From assembly GCA_964016885.1 (NCBI GenBank), contig OZ024743.1:275094001-275158000 (forward strand): DNA of 64,000 nt, given 5' to 3'. The notes below the pieces were generated by a model. That model was not told the DNA's origin and did no database searches. It saw only the letters and a list, made by a program, of their open reading frames with translations. A program made the translations under genes and the position numbers. Within the stretch, counting starts at the first letter, position 1. Each line of letters opens with the position of its first letter. The stretch is from Eledone cirrhosa (taxonomy: Eukaryota). This document shows positions 25,071 through 38,879 of this stretch, piece after piece.

Positions 25071-25450
25071 ATGGTGGCTGCCAACTCGTTTTCGAGTACG
25101 GCCACTACTTTATATCCATGTAGGAGAACCCCTACCGATGCGCTGAACGAGTGTGACTTTTTAGTCCAGCCAGTGACATGAAAACTCTGGTACAAACACT
25201 ACACTTGTGACAATTATTGACACACAGTGCTGGGCCCATGGTACCATGTGATGACAAGTGCAGAGAGATCTCCAGATACAAAGCAATGCCTGTGCCGTGA
25301 AGCTTTTATAGTGAGCAAAGGCACTGCACAAAGCCAGTCCCACTCTCTTAACCAAGATGATATTTACCAAAAAGAAGAACAAGTCAACATCATTGGATAC
25401 CATCAGGGTTGCAGGTGTTATATCAGAGTTTTCCTTCTCCTAGAATTCTG
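25071..25450 (-). mobile_element. RTE-like non-autonomous retroelement, 5'-truncated
   Basis: Near-identical to 31325-31700, 56783-57160 and 61913-62290. Confidence 0.8.
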
Positions 25451-26396
25451 CATGTGTGTGTATGGGTGTGTGTGTATATTATTGTACTTTGTGAGGGCCA
25501 TCTGGGTCACAACAATACAAAAGTGAGCGAACTTTGCACTGATGTGGAACAAAACACCAGAAGATAGAGGGGAAAACCCAACAAATTATTGCTACTGTTC
25601 TTTGAGCTTTTATTTTCATCTTAGTAACTATTCTTGTTGTTGTTTAACCCCAGGTCATATATTTTCTAGGACTACATCATCTAGCGCGTTCTTCCATTTT
25701 CATGTCAGCAGAATGTAGTAATTTGTGAGGAAATTCGGCTGCTATTTCTAACAGATCGGAAAATACATCACGAGAAAAAGTAAAATAAGTTATGAGTAAC
25801 ATGTTGGAGGTAATATACTGAATGAAGTAGTAGACAAAACAACTATAAAACACTTCGGCAACGTATATTACAAATCCTCTGACGTGTTTTTCATCGTTCT
25901 TCAGAATCTTGTATGATGCACGAAAGGGAAGTTACACAATGTGAGTGATTGCGTGTTTTGTTTTTATGCCCGGATATTTATGAGCAAAGAAAGAGGGGAA
26001 AGAAACAGTGAGGAGTGGGGAAGGATGAACTACCATTTTGAGGTAAGCTGAACATTTATTATGTATAAAAAGAAGAGTACATAGGTGAGAGCTGCTGTCA
26101 GAGGACATAGATTATTGTTCAACTGAATGTAAACAAAACTATCCGAGGGAAAGTATAGACATATGGATATGAAATATTTGCCTATGCTGATGAAACGTTT
26201 TAAAAAAAGGAATGCCGATATATAGTTGAGACGGTAGCAGGAAACTGTAGCAGCAAAAACAGCAGCAGCATATGCAACAGCACTGAATAGATCAGCAGCG
26301 AATAATAACAATAATATTCGTTTGTAAAATGGATACAAAGCCAGAAACTTGGAAGGAGTTAATTCATTAAATCGACTCCAGGAATCAACTGGTGGT

Positions 26397-26650
26397 GGAG
26401 GCACGTGGCCTATTGGTAAGGGTGTTGGACTTACGATCATAATGTCGTGGGTTCGATTCCTGGGTTGCGTGTTGTGTTCTTGAGCAAAACACTTCATTTC
26501 ACATTGCTCCAGTATACTCAGCTGTAAATTAGTACCAGAAATAGCTGGAGGTTTAGCCCTGCGATGGACTGGCGTCCTGTCCAGGGGTAAGTCGAGTACT
26601 CTCAGTCGCTTCACGCCATGAAACCGGGATAACCACCGGCCAAATGAGCC
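26397..26650 (+). mobile_element. tRNA-derived SINE (family B), nested in a family-A-like remnant
   Basis: gcacgtggcctattggtaag..gggttcgattcc..tgtgttcttgagcaaaacac; flanked by a gaatcaactggt duplication. Confidence 0.8.
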
Positions 26651-26682
26651 TTCTTTAGACTTAGAATCAACTGGTATTATAT

Positions 26683-27540
26683 GTTGGCAGTATCGGTAGA
26701 GGGTCAGACACCATGCTTTCCAGCATAGTTACGTCCCTTTACGATCTGAGTTCAAATCCCGCCGAGGTTGACTTTGCCTTTCATCCTTACGGGGTCGATA
26801 AAATAAAGTACCAGTAATGCACTGGGTAATTGCTGGCCTTGTGCCAAACGTAGAAACAATTATATGAAAGCGGTGGATTGGCAGTATCGGTAGAGCGTCG
26901 GACGCCATGCTTCGCAACATAGAGTTCTCAATTTAAATCCCGCCGTGGTTAACTTTTCGTTTCAGCCTTACACGGTCGATAAAATAAAGTACCAGTAATA
27001 CACAGGAGTCGATTTATAAGACTTTCCAAAATTGTTGGCCTTGTGCCTAAAGCAGAAACCAACTATATGAAAGGATAAAAGATGAAGTTGACCTCTGTAA
27101 GATTTGAACACATAATGTAAAGAACCAGAACAAGTACCGCAAGGCATTTTGTTCGATGCCAATCCAATAATAATAGGTCAACAATTTTGCGGGAGGGTAA
27201 AGTCGATTAATTTGACCCCAGTACGTAACTGGTATTTTATTTTATTGACGCCGTAAGGATAAAAAGCAAAGCTGACCTCGGTGGGATTTGAACTCAGAGT
27301 GTAAAGGGTCACAACTCTATGTTGCAAAACATGGTGCCTGGTGCTCTACCGATCCTGCCAATACATTAATAATAATTGTTTCTACTTTGGGCACAAGGCC
27401 AGCAATTACCCAGTGCATTACTGGTACTTTATTTTATCAACCCCGTAAGGGATTTGAACTCAGACGGGATTTGAACTCAGACCGTAAATGACCGTAACTC
27501 TATGCTACAAAACATGACGCCTGATTCTCTACCGATACTG
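26683..27540. mobile_element. Cluster of ~5 family-A SINEs (two +, then three -)
   Basis: Repeated tggcagtatcggtagag / gtcgataaaataaagtaccag and their reverse complements. Confidence 0.8.
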
Positions 27541-27554
27541 TAATAATAATAATG

Positions 27555-27975
27555 GCTGGAAATCTGACATTGTTGTACAAAAGAAGAATAACACGGCAAT
27601 TATTGTAGATATTGCTTCATTGTGACCACAGGCTGAATGAGAAGGAAATTGAAAAAGTTGATAAATATCAGGAAGAAAATCAGGAAACTATGGAGAATCA
27701 GACATTTTGAAGTGGTACCGATTGTGGTTGAAGCACTGGGAGCAGTTAGTAAAAGGTTGGATGTATGGCTTGAGAAGCTAGGAATTATCATCAGGACGGG
27801 ATTGTTGCAGAAAACAGCCTTGCTGGGAACAGCAAATATTCTAAGGAGGTTGTTAGAAATTTGAAGGAGAAGGAATGATCCAAAGAACCTATGACAATTG
27901 GCTATGGCTCACTCCTTTGGCATAGTGTCGGTATAACATTTGCCAGAGTAAAAACGTTACGAATGCTAAGAATTA
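27555..27975 (+). pseudogene. R4/Dong-clade non-LTR retrotransposon 3' end (restriction-like endonuclease), after (TAA)n
   Basis: KSDIVVQKKNNTAIIVDIA..DHRLNEKEIEKVDKYQ..IRKLW..VVPIVVEALGAV..LQKTALLGTANILRRLL. Confidence 0.75.
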
Positions 27976-29545
27976 TAATTTCTCTATCAACCACAAGTGT
28001 TTACATAAAGATCGAGTAAGGTACATGGTGATACAGTATTGGTTTATATGGAGGGAAAATGTGTAAGAAAATAAAATAACGAGCACAAAAACAAAATGGG
28101 TGATAATAAAAACGAAAACAAAGAAAATGTCTCCAATACTAGGGAGACTTTCAAGAGCTGCTCGCGAAAAAACCCCACAAAATGCCACGATCACTCGGAC
28201 CACTAGGTCAAGTATCTTCTCCTTGTTTCTCTCCTCCAACCTATAGGTGTATACTGAGAGCGGGTCTGTTCACTTGGAGTATATGCTCACCATTCTCATC
28301 CATCCCCGCTTCAATAATTTGCTGGAAGACAGAATTTCCCCACCCTCAATTTCATTTTCAAGTAAAACTTTAAAAACTGTATGTGGATTTAGAAAAAGAG
28401 GAAAATGTCTTCAGCCCTTTTAGTCTTGGCCACCACACAATTTCTTTCGCCATGGCCACCTGAAATACAAACTGCCGGTCCATCCTAGATAAAGGAAAGT
28501 GGCAGGACGATCTTCACAATGAACTCAGCTGATAGCCGGATCCGTGAGAGCAACTGTTCGACATAAACCCGTAAACCCATGTGATAGCAACTGTTCGACA
28601 TAAACCCATAAATCAGCAATGCTCGGGCACTGGACGAGTGCATGCAACATGTTTTTGTCACCGTGCGCGCATTTGAGACAGGCCAGGCTGACGGCACTTC
28701 AGTGTATGTAGAGTTTATCCCGAATTGGCAATGCCACCGGTAACACTACAAGGCCAGGGATTTCTGGAAGTTATTCATCGGTCCTGGGTTGGAATTCCTG
28801 CGGAAGTGAGTAGCTAGTTGATCGCCCTCGACGCTCAGTCTCCCCGGTAATACTCCATAGAATGCCACAATGGATTTTCCACCGATCGAATTGCTCAACA
28901 GGACTGCTGCAGTAGTAGATGATTGATGATTGAGGCTATATAGGAATTCGCCGCCTCTGTCCAACTTTTCATCGATAGTTTCCTCTCGGTGCATTTCTAG
29001 GTAAGACTGGTCACCCTGCTCGATACCTTATCTTAGTTCTTGTCCACCTGGACCAAACTAGAACCGAAGCAATTTAAACGGCACCGAACTGCCTCTCCTG
29101 ATGCCGAGCTGTAAATCCACGGACTTTTCCTTGTGAACTTTTGTTCCTATCAACACCTCGTATTCCTTTAAAGCGGTGCTAATCACCTCAATATGTTTGG
29201 TATCTGACACTACTACGGGGACGTCGTCCACATATGCTAACAAGGATCTTCCGTATTCTAGTTCGCGCGAGATGCCCTTCACCGACTCTAGTGTCTACAA
29301 TAGTGGCTCTAGAGCCAGTACATACAGAATGATCGAACAGAGTGCATGATACTGAACGGTTCTGATAGGTGACTATTTACTCTGACCACCTGAAGATGTA
29401 ACCGAAATCGGCCACTTTGAGGACAGCTACCATGTACCGATGGCTGACCCCTATCGAAATCTTTCAATTAATCTAAGTTTATCAGGGCCCAACCCAAGCT
29501 AGGTACCTTACTTTCCCACTCCATCATGTATCACATGAGGTGGAT
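27976..29545 (-). pseudogene. Old L1/Tx1-type LINE 3' part, heavily decayed
   Basis: AYVDDV..KEKSVDLQLG and PGPMNNFQKSLA match ORF2 of the 38649-43481 element. Confidence 0.75.
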
Positions 29546-30195
29546 GGAAAGGTCGATTATATCGACACAAGTAGTTGACTGGTACTTTATTCTATCGACT
29601 CCGGAAGGATGGGAGGCAAACATGACCATAAGAGGATTTGATCACAATGAAGTGAGTAGAAACAAATATTGTAAATGATTTTGTTTGACGCTCTAACGAT
29701 TCTACCAATTCACAGCTCTTAACAACAACAACAGAGTATTTTCACCAATGGCGAAATTTCCCTGTTTATTCATAAACTTAAGTGAACATGTCAGACAATC
29801 CCTTTGTTCGATTTTAAGGCAAACATTTCATTGTATTGAAATAATTAGATGAATTTCTTTTCTTTCAAGAAACAATGAACAACCTTTAGTTGATTGCTCT
29901 CCCTTTACTACAAAATTCAAAGGATTCTAAGTGAGTGAGCCGAGCACAACGTAGCTACGGATTTACTTAATAATAGATCTAAAGCCCCTTGTGCAATACA
30001 TGAGCATCACATGAACACAACATTTCTCTCTCCCAATACACACATATAAAACATGCGGGCACACACACATACATACTCACACATACGCACATGCACATAC
30101 ACTCATACACACATACACACAAACACACAAGCACACACATTAAACATTCATATATGTACATGTGTATGTATGTGTATATATATATATATATATAC

Positions 30196-30289
<94 letters not shown>

Positions 30290-30293
<4 letters not shown>

Positions 30294-30370
30294 TTTCATT
30301 TATTAGCCACAAGGGCCGACATGTAGGGGACAATACAAAGACAGGGACAGTGGGGGTTTACAATAAGGTC

Positions 30371-30372
<2 letters not shown>
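30290..30372 (-). mobile_element. Tx1-like 3' terminal fragment in (AAT)n
   Basis: tttattagccacaagggc..ggggacaatacaaa resembles the 3' end at 38655-38697. Confidence 0.5.
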
Positions 30373-30463
<91 letters not shown>

Positions 30464-31273
30464 CAATAATAATAATTATGATGATGATGAGGAGGATGCT
30501 GATGATATACATGTACCCCCCCCCCACACACACACACATACACACAGACAAATACGATTGTCCAACCTTTTTGTTAGAGATCAATTAAGTATTTTTTCTG
30601 TCGATAATCTCTTCGATAACAACAACAACAACAGTAACAACAATTATAACAAAATCATTAACAAAAATATACACACATACCCGCTGGGTGTATGTATTCA
30701 CCACAGATTTGCGATAATTACAAACCAAACAAAACGATCTTAGAAACCGCCTGTGGGCCATTTTGAATTAACATTGTCCTACTGTATAATCAAAATTCTT
30801 CACTGATTATTTCAAACATAATCTACATGCTTTGCCTCTAATACCCAAATTTTAATAAAATTTAATATAATTCTTTCATTAAAGTAATTGATTTATTTTA
30901 TTTTTATTTTCAAAATTCGAGAAAAATGTTTTTATATAATTCTCAAAAAATGTTCACATTTATATATATATTTTTAATGTTGTGCTTGTTGATATTTATA
31001 TTTATATTTCTTTTTATGTTGTTATGTTTCTGGGAAATAATTTGTTAGTTTGTTTGTTTTATTTTGTTTTTTTACCTCATTTTTTTTTATTCGTAATATA
31101 ATTATGTAATTATATTAATTATAGTTTAGTTAATTTAACTGGCTTTCACCAAAGGATATTCTACAGTTTATTGGTACAGGTAGAGAAACACGCATACGCA
31201 CATATACTGTACATACATACATATATGCATACATACATGCATGCATACATACATACATACATACATACATACA

Positions 31274-31306
<33 letters not shown>

Positions 31307-31324
31307 GCATGCATACATACATAC

Positions 31325-31931
31325 ATGGTGGCTGCCAACTCGTTTTCGAATACGGCCACTACTTTATATCCATGTAGGAGAACCCCTACCGATGCGCTGA
31401 ACGAGTGTGACTTTTTAGTCCAGCCAGCGACTTGAAAACTCTGGTACAAACACTACACTTGTGACAATTATTGACACATAGTGCTGGGCACATGGTACCA
31501 TGTGACAAGTGCAGAGAGATCTCCAGATATAAAGCAATGCCTGTGCCGTGAAGCTTTTATAGTGAGCAAAGGCACTGCACAAAGCCAGTCCCACTCTCTT
31601 AACCAAGATGATATTTACCAAAAAGAAGAACAAGTCAACATCATTGGATACCATCAGGGTTGCAGGTGTTATATCAGAGTTTTCCTTCTCCTAGAATTCT
31701 GCCTTGACAAAGGCTAAGGGGTCATCTCTCCCGGTGATTTTGGATGGCCATTGACTCTTAAGAGCTCCTTTGCCCTTTGACAGGTTTTGTTTTTAGTCCT
31801 GCAGGATGTCCAAAGTCACCCTTCTCACCAAGAAACCTTGGTAGGGTTGCCAGTTTAGTCGCCAACGACCCGACCATGGGACAGGTTGTACTGGGATACA
31901 TGTCACCAGTAGCACCAACTGGTGACCTGAC
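31325..31931 (-). mobile_element. ~600-bp RTE-like non-autonomous retroelement in (CATA)n
   Basis: Four near-identical copies; minus-strand ggagaaggaaaactctga motif reminiscent of RTE 5' regions; (TATG)n tail. Confidence 0.8.
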
Positions 31932-32244
31932 ATAACATACATACATACATACATACATACATACATACATACATACATACATACATACATACATACATAC
32001 ATACATACATACATACATACATGCATGCATGCATGCATGTATACAGATACATATACAATACGCCTGCAATTGACGGATATGACGAGGATAGTTGAAATCC
32101 GGAATACATACTTTAGCCTATTTAGTTTCTGGGTTCAAATCTGTGTAGAAACACAGTTGTGCTGTACACTTCTTCGGAGCCACTAAAAATAAATTAAAAG
32201 TTATATATTTTTGATCATATAAACACAATTCATGTAATATATAT

Positions 32245-32436
32245 AATTGTTTCTACTTTAGGCACAAGGCCAGAAATTTGAAGGGGAGGGAGGAAAGTAC
32301 TCACTGGTGCTTTATTTTATCAACCCTGTGCGGATGAAAGGCAAAGCTAACCTCGGCGGAATATGAACTCAGAACGTAAAGGGCTGTAACTCTCTGCCGC
32401 GAAGCATAGTGTCCGACGCTCTACCGATACTGCCAA
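32245..32436 (-). mobile_element. SINE family A
   Basis: Reverse complement match; similar copies at 29548-29712(-), 33295-33460(-), 34634-34805(+). Confidence 0.75.
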
Positions 32437-32783
32437 TATACATAATGAATATGAAATATTCAAAAGAAACAAATCAATAGAAATCAATCAAAGAGAAAGA
32501 AAGTAACATTGCAAAAGACTATAAATGAGAGGAAAAGGAGGGAAAAGGTAAGGATTATTAAGCAATGAAAGAAAGGGGGAGAGTGAAGAAGGTGACAGAT
32601 TCTACGTCTATGGGTTAACTCCAAGACAACTCAGAAAGAACAAGATTTATGCTTAACATCATTCCAGCCATAACCATCTCATATTTTCAAACATTGTATT
32701 TTGGACTGCGTTACAAGACATCTTCTTCAACACGTTGCTGTTAGTGGTGGTAGTGGTAGTAGTAAAGGTGGTGGTGGAGTTGG

Positions 32784-32814
<31 letters not shown>

Positions 32815-33629
32815 GGTGGTGGTAGGGATTAGCTTCATAGAGCAGAATTATGATTTCAAAGCTTTTTTAAAACCATATATTGTATTCCGCTAGGCATCAG
32901 ATACGATTACACTAAATATATCCCATCGAACTAATTAATGTCTTTGATGACTGCGGCTGACGAAGTGAATATATATGTTGCATGTTATGGGATTCTATCT
33001 CAAAGAGACACACGTATGTCATATCTAGAGTGAAATAATTAGATGTATTCTTGCTTGATATATATGCTTTGATTTACTTTCAGTTCATACCGTTTAGAGA
33101 ATATGCCCTTCACACACACATACACACATGCACATATTCACATACACACACACACAAACACCCATACACACATACAAACATACACACCCATACACACAAA
33201 CACACACGCACACACATATAAGAGAGAGACGGTATCACGTATACATCAATCAACTGAAGATGTATACGTGATAACGTCACTCGCTTTTTTTATATTGTTT
33301 CTATTTTTGGCACAAGGCCAGCAATTATCCCAGTGCATTACTGGTACTTTATTTTATCGACCCCGTAAGGATGAAAGACAAAGTTAACCTCGTCAGTATT
33401 TGAACTCAGACCTGCAAAGCAGCGGGTCCGACCCGCTACTGATACTGCTAATCCAATGCCCTTTTTTTATATTGACACCATATAGGTAATACCTTAAGTT
33501 ACTCATGTTGTAGAGTGCTTACTTTTGATTTCACCAAAGTCGGTCGATTGCTTGATCAACCAACACTGATTATTTGGAATTACATACTTACCTCCCTAAT
33601 CCCCATTCACCCTTCCCACCAAAACCCCA

Positions 33630-33958
33630 GGCCCACACTGTAAAGTGATCGTGATGGTGACATGACAAAAAGCGCCCAGCCCACACTGTAAAGTGGTTGT
33701 GTCGGTGTCACGACAAAAAGCATCCAGCCCACACTGTAAAGTGGTCATGTAGATGTCACGACAAAAAGCATCCAGTACTCACTGTAAATGTGGTTGGTGT
33801 TAGAAGGACATCCAGCGGTAAAAGCCAAGCCCAAATCTGTTCTGTATGAGCAAGGCATAGTCATTTGACTTGGTCTTCCTCACAACAGAGCAACTCGTCT
33901 AACCCATGCTAGCGTGGAAAATGAACGTTAAACAGTGATGATGATGATGATGATGATT
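33630..33958 (+). mobile_element. SINE 3' part with internal 48-bp tandem repeat and (TGA)n tail
   Basis: gcccacactgtaaagtg..cacgacaaaaagcatcca ~3.5 copies, then aacccatgctagcgtggaaaatgaacgttaaac(tga)n. Confidence 0.65.
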
Positions 33959-34166
33959 ATATTGATGATATATGCATGTATGTAGTATGTGTGTATACAA
34001 AGAGAGAGAGGGGGGTTAAGGAATAAATAAATAACCTGAGAATAGGAGAGAACAAGACAGAAAAGAAGAAAGAGTGTGTGAAACAGACAATTAGTATGTG
34101 TGTGTATATATATATATATATATATGTATAATAATAATAAAATGTGGAGAAGGAGCACACGAGTTG

Positions 34167-34248
<82 letters not shown>

Positions 34249-34405
34249 ACGGAGAAAAAGAGGATTATTAGGAAGGAAAATATTTTTTTTTTCCTTTTAT
34301 TTTTTTTCTCTTTTTTCTAGGTTAGAAAATGTTTAAAACAAAATATTTTACTTTGTGTGAAGTGTTAAGGTATTAGTCAATTTATTTATTAATTAACAAT
34401 GGCAT

Positions 34406-34441
<36 letters not shown>

Positions 34442-34474
34442 TAATTGTCTATAGACAATTTTTACATTTTAACC

Positions 34475-34598
34475 ATTCTGTTCTGAGGAAACGGTAGAAG
34501 CAGCATTTGAAAATTGAGTTTCTGCAATAATTACCAATTTGCACATAGCATGACTAGGCTGTATAACTACTGTTGAAACATTTTTAATCACTCGGAAT
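34475..34598 (+). ncRNA. Degenerate hammerhead with ~85-nt stem II domain
   Basis: CTGAGGA 34483-34489, 8-bp stem II base aacggtag/ctactgtt, GAAACATTT-TTA (stem III mismatch), attctg/cggaat distal stem I. Confidence 0.45.
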
Positions 34599-34859
34599 AA
34601 ATTACCTTTTTATGATGTCTACCTGTTATTATTATCGGTAGAGGGTCGGACGCCATGCTTTAACGCATAAAGTTACGGCCCTTGCCATTCTGAGTTCAAA
34701 TCCCGCCGAGGTTAACTTTGCCTTTCATCCTTACGGGGTCGATAAAATAAAGTACCAGTAATACACTGGATAATTGCTGGCCTTGTGCCAAAAGTAGAAA
34801 CAATTATTATTCATTCTTTATATATATATATAATGTATAAAAAACAACAATACAATATA

Positions 34860-34937
34860 ATTACCTCATTACCAGAGGTTTCCCGAATAAGGCGAATACG
34901 AAAGAAACGTCTTCATTCGTTCGTCGGACGAGGCAAT
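34860..34937 (-). ncRNA. Hammerhead ribozyme type I, U4C core
   Basis: attgcctcgt-CCGACGA-a cgaat...attcg g-GAAACCTCTG-GTA-atgaggtaat; 10-bp stem I; same family as 868-943 and 9464-9547. Confidence 0.7.
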
Positions 34938-35994
34938 ATAAAACATAGCTAAATATTTGGAAAGTCTCCTCAAGAAATGCAAAAAAAGTTATATAAATAC
35001 AGATGAAGGTAATACAATAGACATATAAAATATATAAAAAAAATTTTTAAAGAAATATAGTTAGGTGTGTGTATATGTATGTATATACACTCACAGATGT
35101 ACATATGTATGTATGTACAAATGTGTGTGTGTATAGTGAAAATGTGTGCGTAAATATATATATGAGGGTAAGTATATCTGTGTACATGTAACTACAGACA
35201 CCGACATGATAAGAGTTGACAGGTATACAGAAAAACAGGGTATTAGATACATTATAAGAGTATAAACACACACACACACGCGCGTACACTTATATGCGGA
35301 AGAAAAAGAGGTAAGGGAGTGTAATAGTAAAAAGAAAGTATCATTCTCGATATATTTATAAAAATGGAACAATAATTTAGAAAGAAAAAATTGCGAAGTA
35401 AAGAAAACAAAACAAACAAGGTGCACGCGTACATACACACATATATCTATAAGAAAAGTATATCTAAAAAATATATATATATATATATATGTGTGTATGT
35501 ATATATACAGTATATATTATGTGTGTGTATATATATACACACACACAGAAAGACAGAGAGAGCAAGAGAGAGGGAGGGGTAGAGAGAGAAAGAAAGGGTT
35601 GAAATTAAAGATTAATAGTCAATGTAGGAGGAGATAGTAAATACGGTTAATGACACGAAACATATGAATTAGTTGAGCTGTAGCTCCGTGGAAATCTAAC
35701 GAGAAAACAGGCTCTGTCTCATTAAACTTGACACATCCAAACATGCAACGCTTTGCTCGATTTGTCACGTGACCAATTTACCAACAAGCTATCTGCACGT
35801 TTACATCTTAATACCTCATATCACATATGTTTGCTACCTTTGTGTTACGTGATGTTCACTGGAATAGTGGCATGTGTATGTTGCCCTGGGGTTGGTTGGT
35901 TTTTGTTTAGAATATTATCTTACTTTGTAATATCAATCTATCTTTCTATCTACCTTTCTACGCACGCACGCACGCACGCACACACGCACACACG

Positions 35995-36102
<108 letters not shown>

Positions 36103-36142
36103 ACATATATATGTATGCAAACACTTATATGTATACATAAAG

Positions 36143-36202
36143 AGAGTTTTGTTACTCTGGAGTTTCACCTGCTCACCCACTGGATCATCAGACAAGAACT
36201 CT
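36143..36202 (-). ncRNA. Hammerhead ribozyme type I
   Basis: agagttcttgt-CTGATGA-tcc...ggt-GAAACTC-ca-GAGTA-acaaaactct; 10-bp stem I with 1 bulge; joined on + strand to 3' motif gtattgagtactc. Confidence 0.8.
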
Positions 36203-36249
36203 TCTTCTGTATTGAGTACTCTTTTCTCTCGTCCTTCAACTACATACGG

Positions 36250-36339
<90 letters not shown>

Positions 36340-36350
36340 ACACACACACG

Positions 36351-36382
<32 letters not shown>

Positions 36383-36759
36383 TACACCTATACACACATC
36401 GGTACTTTATAACAATATCACATAACATATAATCGAGTTACCATTGCTTTCTTTTGTTGATTAGAATCACACCATAGCTGAAAACACTATTCACCAGACC
36501 CACCACATTTTCTACGTGGCTGTTCGATTACATCCTTCGAAACGTGAAACCTGGTGTATTTCTACAAGAAAAGAAATCAGCCAATGAGTAGGTAAGATCT
36601 TTATGCAGTGTTGGTGAGTTGCCTAACTTAGAAGGACAGAAGATGTGTTTAAGTGAATTTATAGCGGCGATATTTTAGTACCTTCGTAGAAAATTCCATA
36701 CAAAAGGAATTTGAGGATGTGCCAGTTAATGCTTGCCAGTCCACTGTGGTGGAGATTTG

Positions 36760-37060
36760 GGTTTTCAATTTACAAAAATATATTTCATGAAATGAGAGCA
36801 AGATTAAACTGTCACAGGAAGTCTTTCGTCCTTGGAAGGTTAACATCCTTTTGGTGGTGCAAATATTGTATCTGTTGAAACCTGGACCCCTTAAATAGCC
36901 ATTATGTTCCCCCCTTCCATTCCATTTGATAGTTTTGTATTTTAACTTTCAAGGCCCATACGTGGTTCGCTATAGCTTGTATATGTATGTTCGATGAATT
37001 TCACGAAAGACTAAGCCAATATAGTACTTTCTGTTTTCTGCTTAATTTGGCATAGCTTCG
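36760..37060 (-). pseudogene. Decayed PLE GIY-YIG endonuclease remnant
   Basis: Frameshifted KYYIGLV.. / AIANHVWALKVKIQNYQMEWK / NRYNICTTKK resembling YIG..H.W.LK..Y.I.W..C.LC..EK of PLE endonucleases. Confidence 0.5.
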
Positions 37061-37211
37061 GCCACATATATTCGAGTGGATATTACACGTTTGTTTTTTT
37101 TTCCTACATTCGAATGTTCTGTACGAAAAGCTCAGGTTTATCAATGCCTTTTGAGAGAAACATGATAGACGATAACTGCAGAAACCGTTGTGAATATACG
37201 TTTATTATATA

Positions 37212-37248
<37 letters not shown>

Positions 37249-37251
<3 letters not shown>

Positions 37252-37341
37252 AACGAGTAGGACCCCGACGGCTGAGCTCAAGCCGTTTCGACGGCTAATT
37301 CTGGACGATGGTCCACCTGGTTCCTTACCACATTTCCTCCG

Positions 37342-37342
<1 letters not shown>
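37249..37342 (-). mobile_element. Hammerhead remnant lacking the CUGANGA half, between (TA)n tracts
   Basis: Minus strand GAAACGGCT-tgagctc-AGCCGTC (6-bp stem III, GUC) enclosed by aggaac..ggacc/ggtcc..gttcct. Confidence 0.4.
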
Positions 37343-37405
<63 letters not shown>

Positions 37406-37492
37406 TGTAAAAACATTGATGTAATTCAATTGGAGAACTGAACGTGAATTTTCCACATAGGAGTGACGGAGTATTTATTTTATGTATATATA

Positions 37493-37540
<48 letters not shown>

Positions 37541-38379
37541 ATATGTGTGTGTGTGTATAAATTTGAGCATGTGTTGGTTGGTTACCGACACTTCAGTATG
37601 CAGGGAATATATACATATACATATATATGGAAGTATATAAGTGTATATCTGTCTATGCGTGTGTGTCTATATTCACATTTATAGTTGCTGTTCGACAAAA
37701 GTGAGATCGATAGTTTAAGTACTATCGTTGATAAAATAAGTACTGGGGCGATATGATCGACTAAATCACGAGAATGCCCCAGCATGGACGAAGCCTAATG
37801 ACCGAAACCAGTAAAAGAATTATACGTATAAATCCCAATATAATACATAGACATCCAACTTGGTTTCTCCATAAAGACCATTATGTAAAATATTTCCGGA
37901 AAATCTAAAGGAGTTGCCGCCTCATATAGCAGATGTTCTCTGTTATGATTGTTACATCAATAGCTTTCTCTTTGTGCTTCTCTGAGAATATTTATAAAAT
38001 ATGTATACACTGAAATACCCTGGAGGCGTAGGGTTATCGTTCGTAACCTCTACAGACTTTCTCTTACACAAACACTCACACACACACGCACTTGTCCACT
38101 CATTCATGCTGTTGGCGGTCAGCTTGAACCTACCTACGTTATTATTTGTTGATGCTATTGTTGTTGTTCTTGTTGTTTGTTGTTGTTGTTGTTGTTGTTG
38201 TTATTCTTGTTGTTGGTGGAGGTGTTGTTGTTGTTGTTGTATATCCTCGGGTAAGCTCCGATAGAGCACACATGTGGTCAAAGGTATTGTAGTCGTGATA
38301 AACATGAAGTAGGAGTATCTATGACTACGTTGTATTGTCCAATATGTCTTTTCTGTGATTTGATTCAATGACGATAGCA

Positions 38380-38451
<72 letters not shown>

Positions 38452-38879
38452 GAGAAGGGGAGAGAGACAAAGAGAGCGAGAAGAGAAAGGGGTTGAGAGA
38501 AGTATAAGAAAAGGAGGTAATACAGGAAAGGAGGGGCAAATATGACGTGGAGAATATTATATAGTAAATTGGTTAGAGAAGAAAGAGTGGAAGGAAATGA
38601 AAAATGTATGGTAACAGAATGAGAGGGAGAGAAATAGATAGATAGATAAATTTCTTTATTGGCCACAAGGGCACAAAGGAAGGGGACAAATACAAATGGG
38701 GAGTTTACATACAGGTATATGAAAATAAAACTATTAATAAAACAACAAATAACAATTGAAATCCCCAATAGGGGAGGTGTTACACACGGGTTGTACACAC
38801 CCCGAAAAAATGTACAACCCTCATCTCCAGGAGCACCAAGAGTGAGTACTCCCTTCCTCTCTTCCTCTTTTACCTCAAC

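Noticed and set aside
25161-25403. Recurrent 80-aa ORF MVSNDVDLFFF.. (4 copies) as a gene family
   Set aside because: Lies inside a young dispersed repeat; conservation reflects copy identity, not coding constraint
32957-32975. Isolated CTGACGA/CTGATGA motifs (also 4701-4710 minus)
   Set aside because: No matching GAAA/stem III/stem I found by eye
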